The notes beneath the pieces were generated by a model. It was not told where the DNA came from, made no database searches, and saw only the letters and a program-made list of their open reading frames with translations. A DNA stretch of 64,000 nucleotides from the human T2T-CHM13v2.0 reference genome, Homo sapiens, in NCBI RefSeq assembly GCF_009914755.1, contig NC_060938.1; one strand, written 5' to 3'. The translations under genes and the position numbers were made by a program. Below, piece after piece: positions 44,631 to 64,000 of the stretch; position 1 is the first letter of the stretch; each line of letters opens with the position of its first letter.

Positions 44631-45492
44631 GTAATACTTTATATTTGTATAGTGCCTGATGATTGACAAAGCAGTTTCATGTAAGTTATTGTCTCTAATT
44701 CTTGAGGCAAGCAGGTGGAGCATTTATGCCCATAACTCACAAGGATGATTTGTTCAGACATAGCTAGTTATTAACAAAGCCTGAATTCAAACCATGGGCT
44801 TTGACTCCTGGCATTCCGTACTTTCTACTGTATTACATTGTCTCAGTCAGATCTGTTAATAGCCACTTAGAAATAAAAGTATTTTAGAACTGGAAAACAG
44901 ACATTTTATTTTAATGTCATTTTTAAAGAGGACTTAAAAGTGTTAGATATCATCAGTTACCTGTGTTTATATTTAGACATTCAGAACTGTTACTTATGGA
45001 CTGTACCATGGCCTAAGTTAATTTTGTATGAGGTCATTTAGATTAGGGTAGGGCAAGTTGAAATAATTCTAAATTTTATTTTACAGTTATCAAAGATGCC
45101 AACAAATGACCTCAAGTCATTCAGTAGTGTCTGAAATCAATTTATGTATTATTCTTTAGGAAGTGTCCTTAGATAATTCTTTTAAATTCATTGGAAGAGT
45201 TTTCTCTGTTTAATTGTCATTTCAGGTTCAGGTTTTAAAACATTCACAGAACATGGCTGTAAGGGAGAATTTAATCCAGGAACTATAAATCTCCTATTAG
45301 GATTTTGCCTAGTATATAAGCGGTTGACATTTTCTAAGTCAAAATATTAGATACCTAAACTGACAAGGGATTTTCATGTCCCTTTCAGGGCTCTGTGGAT
45401 GCCGAAAGTTGGCATTTCTAAGATATTTCAGGTTGCATGAGGACAAGACTGTATTTGAAGACTAAAAAACATTAGAAAAGCCGAAGTATATA

Positions 45493-45725
45493 TAAGTTGA
45501 GTATCCCTTATCCAAAATGCTTGAGCCAGAAATGTGTTTTAGATTTTGGCTTTTTTTTTTTCAGGTTTTAGAATATTTGTGTTGTACTGGTTGAGCATCC
45601 CTAATTAAAAAAAATCAAAAGTTTGAAATGCTCCGATGAGCATTTTCTTTGAGCATCATGTCAGCATTCAAAAAATTTCACATTGTGGAGCATTTTGGAT
45701 TTTCAGATTAAGAATACTCAGCCTG
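45493..45725. mobile_element. Tigger4a/MER46A DNA transposon
   Basis: TIRs AGTTGAGTATCCCT / AAGAATACTCAGCCTG, TA flanks, internal GGTTGAGCATCCCTAAT. Confidence 0.8.
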
Positions 45726-46022
45726 TATTTCCTATAGATGTAAACATTGAAATAGCTTCATATTGATTTCTCCTCTTATTTTTTCAAGTAACCTCACTTC
45801 TTAGCCGTTTTTTCCTTAATTGTTATATTAATCCTAGTGTTTTGCCTATCTTCCTAAATTTGAAGCTCTTTGTAAAATCCTGTGACAAGTGGTCAGTAAT
45901 TTATATGATTCCGAAATTGTATTGGCACGCAGTTTTTTAAACTATTAAAAAGTAACTTGGGTCGGGCGGGGTGGCTCATGCCTGTAATCCCAGCACTTTG
46001 GGAGGCTGAGGTGGGCAGATCA

Positions 46023-46247
<225 letters not shown>

Positions 46248-46880
46248 TCAAAAAAAAAAGTAACTTTATCTTTGAAAAGTAACAACATCCTGAGAGTGAG
46301 GCAGATCTAGTAGATTCTAATTTTAGCCAGATAAGCCAAGAAATTATTTAGTATGATTCAACCTAATGTGTAATGTGTTCAGCATGTGCCTGTCATGTAG
46401 CAAAGGCATGAGTGATGGTTGCTGGGTTTTGGGGCTTTAAATTTAAAGCATTTTAATAAAAATCTCTAAGGGGAAACCGTGCATTTTTCTCTACTCTCAT
46501 GAGCATTTAACACATTCTTCCCAGAAGCTGTACATTTCAAAATAAATCTGATGAGCACACCTTTAAAATGCTTCCCTTTCCTTTCCCTAAAATGTTCACT
46601 AAGGGATTTTTCTATAAATGCTTTGGTAGCAATTCCCAAAGTCACTGTACCATTGCTGCCTCAAGCTTTGTGTGTTAGTCATTTCACATTTTACACTGAG
46701 ATTACACAAAGGGGCATGCTTTTAAGGAGCAGGTGGAAATCACTTTGAATTACTTATTTTATAAGCCATTTTGTTAGCATAGAGTTTATAATCTGATATT
46801 TGTGTTCTCTCTGGAGGGTAAAAATGAGTGTTATTCCGTTTTTAAGTGTTGATGTAATATCTTTTGTTTTACAAAACTAG

Positions 46881-46948
46881 CTTGACAAAAGTAAGCTGAA
46901 GCCAGGAACAAGAGTTGCTTTGGATATGACTACACTAACTATCATGAG
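46881..46948 (+). CDS. PSMC6: PSMC6 exon 5
   Basis: 68 nt, LDKSKLKPGTRVALDMTTLTIM+AG. Confidence 0.98.
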
Positions 46949-47142
46949 GTGGGTTTCTTATTCTATTTAGTTCACCTTTTATTTTCACAAAGGGTGGTTT
47001 TTATCTGAGATATATGCTTCTTGAGATCACTGAATATTTTGGCACTTTTTCCCTTTTACTAGTTTCTAATTAAGCACATCTTTATGAGATCAGCTACAGG
47101 TGCTTGCTTGAGCAAGTTATTTATATGCTATCTGTAGGCTAA

Positions 47143-47328
<186 letters not shown>

Positions 47329-48004
47329 TGAACTTAGCTAATAAATACTACTAGTTTTAGGATTCTTAACAGGAGAAACAGGATGAAAAAGTACTTTTTG
47401 TCTAAATGGTAGTTAAGAATATTATGTATTTACTATTCTTGCTAAGAAGAATAGCACTGAATTTCTAGCTGTGAAAATTACTGTTTTTTTTTATTTGGAG
47501 ATAATTTGGTGTTAGAAAAATCCTGCTCTTTTTGTGGCAAAGGAACGGAGAAAAAGCTAAAAATAATTGATGTAATCTGATATCCTGTGGTTTTGATTAT
47601 CATAATAAGTTACTTGGGTCAGAGCATATTTGGATAATGTGTGTGATGAGTTTTTTCCATAACCTCATTAATACTAGCTTCCCACTCTTACAGAAGAGTA
47701 GGGTACCTGTTCCTTAAATATTTTATTTTGTTAAAGCTGTTTGCTGCCATTCCAGAAAACCACTGGCTTTAGGATTGTCTTAAATCTTGTAAGCTTTTAG
47801 GTGAACAATCAAATCAGGATTGCCTTACTTCATAGCACAGACAGCTTCTTAACTGTTATCTGTAAAGCAAATTACATTGTCCTATGGATTTTATCCTAAA
47901 TTAGGCTGTGAATATTTAGGAATTAATGGGAATAATTGGAATGTCTTACACAATCTGATTTAAGCTTTAAGCCAGTTCTCATACTTCAGTACATTAATTT
48001 TTTT

Positions 48005-48157
48005 TGGAACACTTATTAAAAATACACATTACTAGGCCCTCTGAGTGGTTTTGATGGACTAGATTGGGGGTAGGCACAGGAATTAGCATTTAAACAAGCA
48101 TTCCAAGTGATTATGAAACCAAATTTTTCTTTGACAATACTTGAGGAAGCACTGGTC
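48005..48157. mobile_element. MER5-type hAT-Charlie fragment
   Basis: CACAGGAATTAGCATTTAAACAAGCATTCCAAGTGATT...CTTGAGGAAGCACTGGTCTA. Confidence 0.6.
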
Positions 48158-48742
48158 TAAGTGTAAAAAAAAAAAAAAAAAAGGCAGTTCTCACCTGTAT
48201 TAATGAAAGGGCAACAGAGGAAGAACAGGTGCTTCATAAAACGGTGAAAACTTGCTTTCAACAGTGATTTGCTGCATTAGCCATAGGAGCAGAAAGAATC
48301 CCATGTATACATGCAGTATCCTTTACTGTCTGCAGATACTTTACACTTTAGAGTATTGATTTCTCTCACTTCTGGCTTTTCCCAGTCACGCTTTATGCAC
48401 ATATGGACACAACTTTTTTTTTTCTTTTGAGACAGGGTCTGGTTCTTTTGCCCAGGCTGGAATGCAGTGGTGCAGTCTCAGCTCACTGCAACCTCTACCT
48501 CCCAGGCTGAAGTCATCCTCTCACCTCACCCTCCCAAGTAGCTGAAGGCATGCGCCACCACATGTGACTAATTTTTTTATTTTTTGTAGAGATGGGGTTT
48601 CACCATGTTGTCCAGGCTCTTCTCGAACTCCTGAACTCAAGCCATCCTCCAGCCTTGGCCTCCCAAAGTGTTGGGATTTACAGGCGTGAGCCACCGCACC
48701 TAGCCCAACACAACTATTCAATAGAAATTTCTCTCTCGGTCA

Positions 48743-49037
<295 letters not shown>

Positions 49038-49668
49038 TTACTGGTACTATAAGTAATTTAAATTGGACTTTCAGATCTTCAATTTCTCTAGTCTCTACTT
49101 TTCTTCCTTGAATCAGTCTTGAGAGCAGAACATACTGTTCTTTAAAAGCTGCCGTGGCAAAATGCCAACAGATAAAAATTGTATATACCTTTTCTCTTGG
49201 TATGTTGTCAAATCCATCCCCCATTTTAGAATTATTTTGTGTTGTATTTTCAAATGCAAACTAGTATAGATCTTTTGAGTTGTGTTTTTTGTTTATATGT
49301 TCATTTGACTTAACTGATTTTTTTGTGGTATAATTTTTCATTGAGGTATAATTACATTAAAAAAATGTAGATTCTTAAGTGTACATTTCAAATATGTTTG
49401 GACAAGTTATATATCTGTGTAACCATCACCCCAATCAAGTGTGTGGTTTATTTAAAAAACATTATTTGAAATTTTTTAGATTTAAGAGATCTTAAATCTA
49501 CCTGGAGCAAAACCTCTTAATATAAATGGTTTTACCTAGCATGGAAGTCTAGGTCTATTAAGAATTATGATGTGTACACCTAACTAAGGTGATATTTGAC
49601 TTAGAGTATTTGAAAGTACATTAAAAATCTTGACTAACTTTTTAAGAAAGATTTAACTTCTTTTCTAG

Positions 49669-49764
<96 letters not shown>

Positions 49765-50279
49765 TGAATTATTTCTACTCCACCAATAAGATAAATGAAT
49801 TAAGGAATTAAAAAAAAAAAGACAATTTTTTTATTTTTATTTTTTTGAGACACGGTCTCACTCTGTTGCCCAGGCTGTAGTGCAGTGGCACAATCTGGGC
49901 TAACTGCAACCTCTGCCTTCCGGGCTCAAGTGATTCTCCCACCTCAGTCTCCCACGTAGCTGGGACTGCAGGCGTGCATCACCATGTCTGGTTAATTTTT
50001 GTATGTTTTGTAGAGAAGCAATTTTGCCATGTTGCTCAGGCTATCTCAAACTCCTGGACTCAAGCGATCTGCCCACCTTAGCCTCCCAAAATGTTGGGAT
50101 TACAAGCATAAACCACTGCGCCTGGCCATAAGGTGGAAATTTGATGTGGGCAGTTCCAACTTCTCCTCTCTTCAGAGTGAGAATGAGATAGGATATTTAT
50201 GTCTACTGTTCTTTGAGGCATGCTTAGTGCATTTGTGCCTCACAGTACATTTATCTTAACAGGCCATGTGATTCTAGTG

Positions 50280-51935
<1,656 letters not shown>

Positions 51936-51954
51936 TGTCATAGTCCATGTTGTA

Positions 51955-53058
<1,104 letters not shown>

Positions 53059-53101
53059 GATTTTAAAAATTATAACATTTTGATTAAAATTTTAATGTTG
53101 A

Positions 53102-53254
<153 letters not shown>

Positions 53255-53607
53255 TAGGTGGGACTACAGGCATGTGCCACCACGCTCAGCTAATTTTTTG
53301 TATTTTTAGTAGAGACGGGGTTTCACTGTGTTTCGATCTCCTGACCCTGTGATCTGCCCGCCTCAGCCTCCCAAAGTGCTGGGATTACAGGTGTGAGCCA
53401 CCACACCTGGCCAAGTACTTTGGAATTTTAAATGAAAATTCTATTTAGGATTTAGCTTTCATTTTGGAAAATTTACTTGCCAAACGATTATATTCTTAAA
53501 AGGATTTTAAAAATTTGTTTCACATAGGCCGGGTGCGGTGGCTCCTGCCTGTAATCCCAGCACTTTGGGAGGCTGAAGTGGCAGGATCACCTGAGCCCAA
53601 GAGTTCA

Positions 53608-53835
<228 letters not shown>

Positions 53836-53846
53836 TTACCATCTAA

Positions 53847-53960
<114 letters not shown>

Positions 53961-53980
53961 TGAAATTTAATTTTACTTGA

Positions 53981-54184
<204 letters not shown>

Positions 54185-54368
54185 TAAATGTAAAAGAACC
54201 TTTTTCCCTCTCTTAATCTGTAATTGTGACTTGTATGAAGTAGATACCACAATGAATCAGATGTTAGTTTAACCAATTTTAATAAATAACCTTTCATGGC
54301 CGGGTGTGGTGGCTCATGCCTGTAATCCCAGCACTTTGAGAGGCCAAGGTGGGCAGATCACCAGGTCA

Positions 54369-54593
<225 letters not shown>

Positions 54594-54767
54594 TTAACAA
54601 AATGAGAAATGTTACACCAAAATCAAGTCTAACTTTGTCAGCATAATTCTTGCTCTTTAATTTTCATCTTAATGTTTTAAGCCACAGACTGTTATGTTCT
54701 GTTTTCTTAAATGATGGTTGTAGAGGAAAAGAGTAATGCATATAAATTTCCAAATCTACTATCTTAG

Positions 54768-54829
54768 GTGGTCGTCGGTTTTCTGAGGGTACTTCAGCTG
54801 ACAGAGAGATTCAGAGAACGTTAATGGAG
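54768..54829 (+). CDS. PSMC6: PSMC6 exon 10
   Basis: 62 nt, GT+[20 protein letters not shown]. Confidence 0.98.
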
Positions 54830-55907
54830 GTAATATTTGGTAAAGGGGGTTTATAAAGAAACCAATGTTTATTAAATGAAGAACTGAACATTGCATATTT
54901 GATAGTCAAAATATATAGAACATTTTAAATGAAATATGAAATTTGAAAATATTGTCAGGAACAAACATGTTTCTCTATCACAAACTCTAAGAAAATGACT
55001 ACTGGAAAATAAGGCTATCTGCCAAATTCCATTTGGTATACACCTGTACTATTCTGTGTTTTTTTGAGTAGATCAGTCATTCATATATTTAAATTCTTAT
55101 GAATGTGATCTTGCGGTAGTTTTATGAAGACATTTTTTGTAATGGTCATATTAAGACTGTTGGCAATAAATGAGCTATAATTATGTATGAAGCTGCTCTA
55201 AAAATTATTTTTTTCTCTCACTTTATTGCTGAGACTGAGGCAACTAAAATAGTTTTGATAATTGAAGAGGATAGATGACAGAATGAAAGAATGCACATAA
55301 AGCCTTCCTCCAGTTTTACCTTTCCCCACTCCAAATTCTGTGAAAGTGATATCAAGAGTCCAAATACATTTTCCACTTCAAATAGAAACTAGGTAGCATG
55401 GGTAATGCAGTGTCAAATTCTTTCTCCTTAGAAGTATTTGAAAAATCTTTTTTCATAAATTATACAGATCCGCTCAGAAGATAACATAGCATTTGGAAAT
55501 TATAAAATCTCTTAGAAACCTTAAATTGAGATATTTTTAAATAACACAAATACTCATTTTATTCAAGTAACTAATATATCATCAACTAACACATTGTCAG
55601 ACTAGCTATATTTTAGAGAGTTTGTTAAATGCAGTAAGGTTTTTCATTTATTCAAGAAAACTTTAGAAATTGAGGACAATATTTTTTATGTCTTTTAGTA
55701 TTTCTGTGTACAGTAGAATTATTTGAAAAAATAGGCCAGGCATGGTGGCTTCTGCCTGTAATCCCAGCACTTTGGGAGGCCCAGCTGGGCAGATCATGAG
55801 GTCTGAGCATTGAGACCAGCCTGACCAACGTAGCGAAACACCATCTCTAGTAAAGATACAAAAATTAGCTGGGCGTGGTGGCGTGTGCCTGTAATCCCAG
55901 TTACTCA

Positions 55908-56191
<284 letters not shown>

Positions 56192-56652
56192 ATCAGTTTA
56201 TTATCAAATTTGTAGAAAAATCTTTGTATCCATTTATCCTAATATAAATGTTATGTCTGACATATCATAAGCACTTTATATATTGGATTTTATTATTAGC
56301 TTTTCCTTTAAAAAATAATTGATGAAATTTTGGACATTGGAAATTAGATCCACATAGTTTAATTTCATAATTCTTGACATGATGGAAGCCTTCAGATTTA
56401 TTAAAACTACCTGGTAGCTATAGAAAGATACATAGCTATTAAAAGGTACATAATCTAGCTTAGAACTTTGAGGCTAGAAAGTATATCCCTTTATATAAGA
56501 GAGAGAAAAAGAATTCTATCAAATGACCATTCTGAAGATAGAACATATCTATCTGTAGACAATACATTTCATGGCATTAGACATATAAAAGGTGTGTGCT
56601 ATTTTTTTTAATGGTTAGAATTTTTGTAAAATCTGATTCTTAATATTCTTAG

Positions 56653-57020
<368 letters not shown>

Positions 57021-57099
57021 TAAATGAAGAAAAATACTTTTAGAAATTACTGATAGTTTCCTAAATCTGGTTTTAAATTCAGCAAATGTGGTGGTTTTA

Positions 57100-58480
57100 A
57101 ATTCAGCAAATAGTTATTGAGCATCTACTATAAGCTAGGAACCATTGTAAGTGTTTTGTAAGGGCTGACAATATAGCAAGGAACAAAACAGACAAATTTC
57201 TGCCATTAGAGAACTTATATTCTTGTTAGGAAAAAACAGATAAAGTTAGTAAAACAAAGTATAATAGATGATGATAAGTGCTATGGAGAAAAATAAAGCA
57301 AGAAAGTGGGGGGCGGGCATGGTGGCTCACTCCTGTAATCCTAATGGTTTTGGAGGCCGAGGCAGAAGGACCGCTTGAGGCCAGGAGTTTGAGGTTGCAG
57401 GGAGCTATGATCATGTGACTGCACTCCAGTTTGGCAAGACGCTGTTTCAGGGGAAAAAAAAAGAAAAGGGGGATAGGAAATTAGGGAAGTGCCAGGACCA
57501 GGCATGAGGATATGTTTTTAAATGACAGGGAGGATTAGCACAGGGAAGGCCTTACCAAGAAGGTAATTTATTTTTTAGAGACAGGGTCTCACTCTTGCCC
57601 AGGCTGGAGTGCAATGGTGTGATCCCAGCTCACTGCAACTTCTGCCTCCCAAGTTCAAATGATCCTCACACCTCAGCCTCCTGATTAGCTGGGACTACAG
57701 GCACACACCACCAACCCTGGCTTGTTTTTTTGTAGGGATGGGGTTTCACCATGTTGCCCAGGCTGATCTTGAACTACTGGGCTCAAGCAATCTGCCCACC
57801 TCGGCCACCCAAAGTTCTGGGATAACAGGCGTGTGCCACTGCACCCGGCCTGGTTGTTTGTTTGTTTGTTTTTTAAATTGATTCCTGTTAAATGCTGACA
57901 ATAGGTCAGATAAAGAGTTCTCAGAGTAGACCTTTGGATTTAACTATATGGAGGTCATTGGTAATCTTGTCAAAAGTAGCTTCTTGGGAGTGGTGGAGGT
58001 GAAAGCCTATTTCAGATGGGTTTCAGAGAGATTGGGAGGAGAGGCATTGAGTTTAGACATTTCTTTTAAGAGTTCTACAGAGGGGGCAGAAGAAGTAGAA
58101 GGGGAATGCCGATGAGGAGTTGGCAGAGTTTTCTATAAGATGGAAGAGTTTATGACCCCCCTGCCCTTTTTTTTTTTTTTTTAATAATGCTACTGGGAAT
58201 GACCTAGGAGAAAGAGAAATTGGCAATGTTCTTTCCTTGAAGAGGGATTGGCCCTATATATATGTGTACTTTTATGAGACTGGAGGAAAGGCAGAGTACA
58301 TAGATGCTTATGATGACAGGTTCTTAGATAGTGCAGGAACTTGTGGAAGTGTTTTTTTCTGAATGCTTCTGTTTTCTCAGTGAAGTAGAATGCACGTTCA
58401 GAATGAAGATAGGGAAGTGTTCTTAGAGATTTGAGGACAAAGGAGAAGGTATAAAGTCATTATCTATGGAAGTGAGGGAT
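57100..58480 (-). mobile_element. Fragmented L2
   Basis: ATTCAGCAAATAGTTATTGAGCATCTACTAT...AAGTGCTATGGAGAAAAATAAAGCA. Confidence 0.7.
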
Positions 58481-58486
58481 TGGACT

Positions 58487-58713
58487 AGGGTGCAGGCCAG
58501 TAAAACATGGCTTGTGAACCAAATTCTGCCTGCCCTGTGTTTTTGGAAACACACAAAGTTTTGTTGTAACCCAAGCATGGTCATTTATCTGTTGTCTATG
58601 GCTGCTTTCCTACTGGAATAGCTGAGTTGAATAGTTACAACAGAAACCATATGGCTTGCAAAGCATACAGTATTTACTCTCTGGCCCTTTACATAAAAAG
58701 TTTGCTGACCTCC
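58487..58713. mobile_element. MER58A hAT-Charlie element
   Basis: TGTCTATGGCTGCTTTC...GAGTTGAATAGTTACAACAGA...TATTTACTCTCTGGCCCTTTACA..AAAAGTTTGCTGACC. Confidence 0.8.
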
Positions 58714-59756
58714 AGACTAGGGAAATCTAGTATAATTTCCAGGCAGCCTTAAAAACTCTTTAGAAGTTAATGGTCCAGAATAATGACAAATAGCTGATTG
58801 TTGACTTTCACTATCTTCATTGCCCCTGTTAGAGAGTTTTGAGCTGGAAAGACCGAACTGAACAAAGGATGTCAATGTATAGGTTTCTTCCACAAATACT
58901 GAGCTCTTGCTAGATGCCAGATACTGTGCTAGCCTTGGGAATTCTTGCTCTCAGGAAGCTTACAATGAACTTAAACCTGATTAAAGACAATTCATGAATA
59001 TATGTGTGATTTCAAATAGAGAACGACATGCCCTATATTGCCTGACCAAACGGTGCATCATCAAAGTTATTCAAACTGTAGTAGCCTGTGCTGTCTTACT
59101 TCTCTTCCTATTCTGTATCAGATCCATTGTTGCTACCCCAATCCTATAGCTCTTTGATTCATGTCTGTTATGTGGGTGGATGGAGAACTCACTTTATTAC
59201 TGCTACCATAGATCTGATACTTCACCACTTGAATCTTGCACAGAAACCAGAGAAGCTAGCTAATGCATGCTGTAGCATTTAAAAATTCCATGTGATACAA
59301 TTATGTATGATTACATTTCAGTTTTGCTATACTTTATATTTGGCTTGTATGATTAAAGTAAACAAAGTAAATTCCATTGTTATAATTGGTTTTGAGTGTT
59401 ATAGGTTTATTCAAATCCAAGATTTGATTACAGTTTTGATAAGAGTCACAGCTTAACAGGTATCTGGAGTTCACATGTGCATAGCTATTTCACTGTATAA
59501 AAATAGATTAAGATATTTTGAGATTTTGGTGATATTTCCTGTTTTTAAAGTTTCAGGGGTGTGTCTAATTCTTCTTGGTGCTGGTTTATTTAACAGAAGT
59601 CTTAGTTTTTGGATATTAATATTGTGGAAAGTTAACAGAGCTGATGTCTAGCTGATCAAACTCAAAGTAAGCTCTTCAGTTTAAATTTTCGATGTGGGCA
59701 TAAATCAAGTAAAGGTCTAATTTTTAAAACTAATTTCCAGTATTTTTTCTAAACAG

Positions 59757-59828
59757 ATTATGAAGCAATTGTGAAGCTTTCGGATGGCTTTAATGGAGCA
59801 GATCTGAGAAATGTTTGTACTGAAGCAG
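59757..59828 (+). CDS. PSMC6: PSMC6 exon 13
   Basis: 72 nt, AT+[23 protein letters not shown]+G. Confidence 0.98.
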
Positions 59829-61324
59829 GTAAGGGTTTAAAGTACAGTTTTACTATTGATTTTGATTTTTAAAATTTGCTGAAACTGTTTTGAGTTTATC
59901 TGAAAGCGGAGCATAGACTTTGCAAGGATTTGGGTTCATGCTGTTCTTTTAGGAATCGATTCCAGGAAATAGGAGAAGCAGGGCAAGTGAGATGGAAAGA
60001 GGGAAAGCTAATATGAGGGTGCACCATTGAGGTAGGTGCTGTAGGAAAGGGAGGTTAGATCTCAGAGAAGCATACAGAATGCCTTCCAGGATCACCCAGC
60101 TGAAAGTTGGGAGACTAGAACATTGATTTACCAGTACTCATCCCCCATTGGATGAGATTTGTCCTTGGTAGTGTTGACTCCTTTGCACTTCTACCTGCCT
60201 TAGGGCAGAATGTGGAAGGAGAGGCATGTAATAGAACACTGGCCCCCTAAAGTAAGTCTGAGGTGCTACAGAATTGCCTACCACACCTGTGGCTGGAATT
60301 AGAATGGGCCAGCACCAGAGGTATCTGCTGCAAAATGAATTGTGTATGTTGTCTAATACTAGTCTGTGAGCAGTGTTTTGAAAGATTGATTTATGAATTA
60401 TGTGATCATGCCATTTGTGTAAAATGTAGTATTTAAATATAATTCTCTGTGGATTGTGTGATACTATTTTTTTCACTTCTACATGGTATGTAAAAATTGT
60501 GTGATGCTATTTTTATTTCCAGTACCAAGTAGCTTTAATACCCTACCTAGAATCATTTAGTTTTTGTCTTCCATACAGAATCTTTAAATAGAAAAAATAA
60601 ACTTCTACAGTATAGTTACTGACTTTATAGGTTATAGATTTTCTTAAGTATTAGAATATGTGATTTCCTCTTGCTTTTCATATCATGTTTAGCCTTAGTA
60701 AATTCAACACAGTGTTTAAAGTGGCTGCTCAGGGAGGGCTTCTCAGTACAGGTATCTTCATGGGTATTGGGTATGCTGTGAGTCAGTATCTGCATCAGAT
60801 ATGCAGGTCAGATACTTCTGTTCACGTCTAGAAATGCTGTCAATGCAAATTAGGGTAAATCATGCTCACAGAGCGTTATCAATAAACTAAACTATTTAGA
60901 GGTAAACTGTCATATAGCTTGAACAAGTTAGAGTAATTTATGACATTCTCTTTCCAAAATGTAAACCAGACCAAATTATTATCAGAAGATTGCTTTGGTT
61001 AGATTGTAATCCAAATGCAAGCTGTGCAGTGAACCTAAAGGCTGTTGCTATCAAAATATACGCTTTTTTTCCTTACATATTCTTACAAATTTACCTTTAG
61101 TTATTGCAAATGAGCTATAACTTCTGTGTGGATTAAAATTGTAGTTCTTTTTTAACTAGGTGGGACATTCACATCTGGAAACATACTGAAATTTTTATCT
61201 TCTTTTTAGACTTGAAGGCTTTTTTGTTAACATTTTTCGTAAGTTAAAATACACTTGATTCAACTACAGTTGCCCTTCCTGTTCAGGTCCTGACATTATC
61301 TCTTTTGGATTATAATACATCTCT

Positions 61325-63121
<1,797 letters not shown>

Positions 63122-63239
63122 TGTGGATTTTAATTGAAAAAAGATAGTGGTTTTTAGCAAATTACAACTACTGGCTCAGAAGTAATAAATCTAAGCTTCA
63201 CATTTATTCCATAGAATTATATTGTTTTTCTTATAATGA

Positions 63240-63410
<171 letters not shown>

Positions 63411-63461
63411 TTTACTGTAAGATTTTTGATGGCTGCATGACAGATGTTGGCTTATTGTAAA

Positions 63462-63942
63462 AATAAAGTTAAAGAAAATAATGTATGTATTGGCAATGAT
63501 GTCATTAAAAGTATATGAATAAAAATATGAGTAACATCATAAAAATTAGTAATTCAACTTTTAAGATACAGAAGAAATTTGTATGTTTGTTAAAGTTGCA
63601 TTTATTGCAGCAAGTTACAAAGGGAAAGTGTTGAAGCTTTTCATATTTGCTGCGTGAGCATTTTGTAAAATATTGAAAGTGGTTTGAGATAGTGGTATAA
63701 GAAAGCATTTCTTATGACTTATTTTGTATCATTTGTTTTCCTCATCTAAAAAGTTGAATAAAATCTGTTTGATTCAGTTCTCCTACATATATATTCTTGT
63801 CTTTTCTGAGTATATTTACTGTGGTCCTTTAGGTTCTTTAGCAAGTAAACTATTTGATAACCCAGATGGATTGTGGATTTTTGAATATTATTTTAAAATA
63901 GTACACATACTTAATGTTCATAAGATCATCTTCTTAAATAAA
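63462..63942 (+). terminator. PSMC6: PSMC6 3' UTR polyadenylation signals
   Basis: AATAAA at 63462, 63518, 63757 and 63937; ATTAAA at 63504; which are used cannot be seen from sequence. Confidence 0.7.
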
Positions 63943-64000
63943 ACATGGATGTGTGGGTATGTCTGTACTCCTCCTTTCAGAAAGTGTTTACATATTCTTC

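Noticed and set aside
44481-44666. ORFs at 44481 and 56665 as separate genes
   Set aside because: They are PSMC6 exons 4 and 11 read through into flanking intron
60786-60817. Small hairpin AGTATCTG...CAGATACT in PSMC6 intron 13
   Set aside because: Too short for a pre-miRNA; no snoRNA boxes; plausible by chance

Overview
Human (or closely related primate) genomic DNA carrying two known genes head-to-head. ERO1A (ERO1L, ER oxidoreductin 1 alpha) is on the minus strand with coding exons 1-7 (31288 down to 2183); it continues past the left edge. PSMC6 (26S proteasome AAA-ATPase Rpt4) is on the plus strand with its complete CDS: 14 exons, 43034-63410, 1170 nt, 389 aa. Every exon was placed by hand translation and has GT-AG borders. 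Each gene has its own CpG-island promoter, about 11.5 kb apart. The rest is mostly repeats: roughly 65 Alu copies plus old L1, L2, MIR, MaLR/ERVL LTRs and DNA transposons. I found no new protein-coding gene, RNA gene or CRISPR-like system; nearly all other ORFs in the track are Alu, L1 or GC artefacts. The most unusual observations are: (1) an Alu that carries about 65 nt copied from a site 13 kb away inside a single target-site duplication; (2) an old L1 with twin-priming inversion geometry; (3) three ARE motifs clustered in PSMC6 intron 1; (4) three clustered ATGs at the PSMC6 start, including an overlapping uORF closed by the exon 1/2 junction; (5) exon junctions that recreate 5' splice sites; (6) an MLT2A LTR inside an Alu. 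Repeat family names are from memory of consensus sequences and repeat boundaries are approximate.
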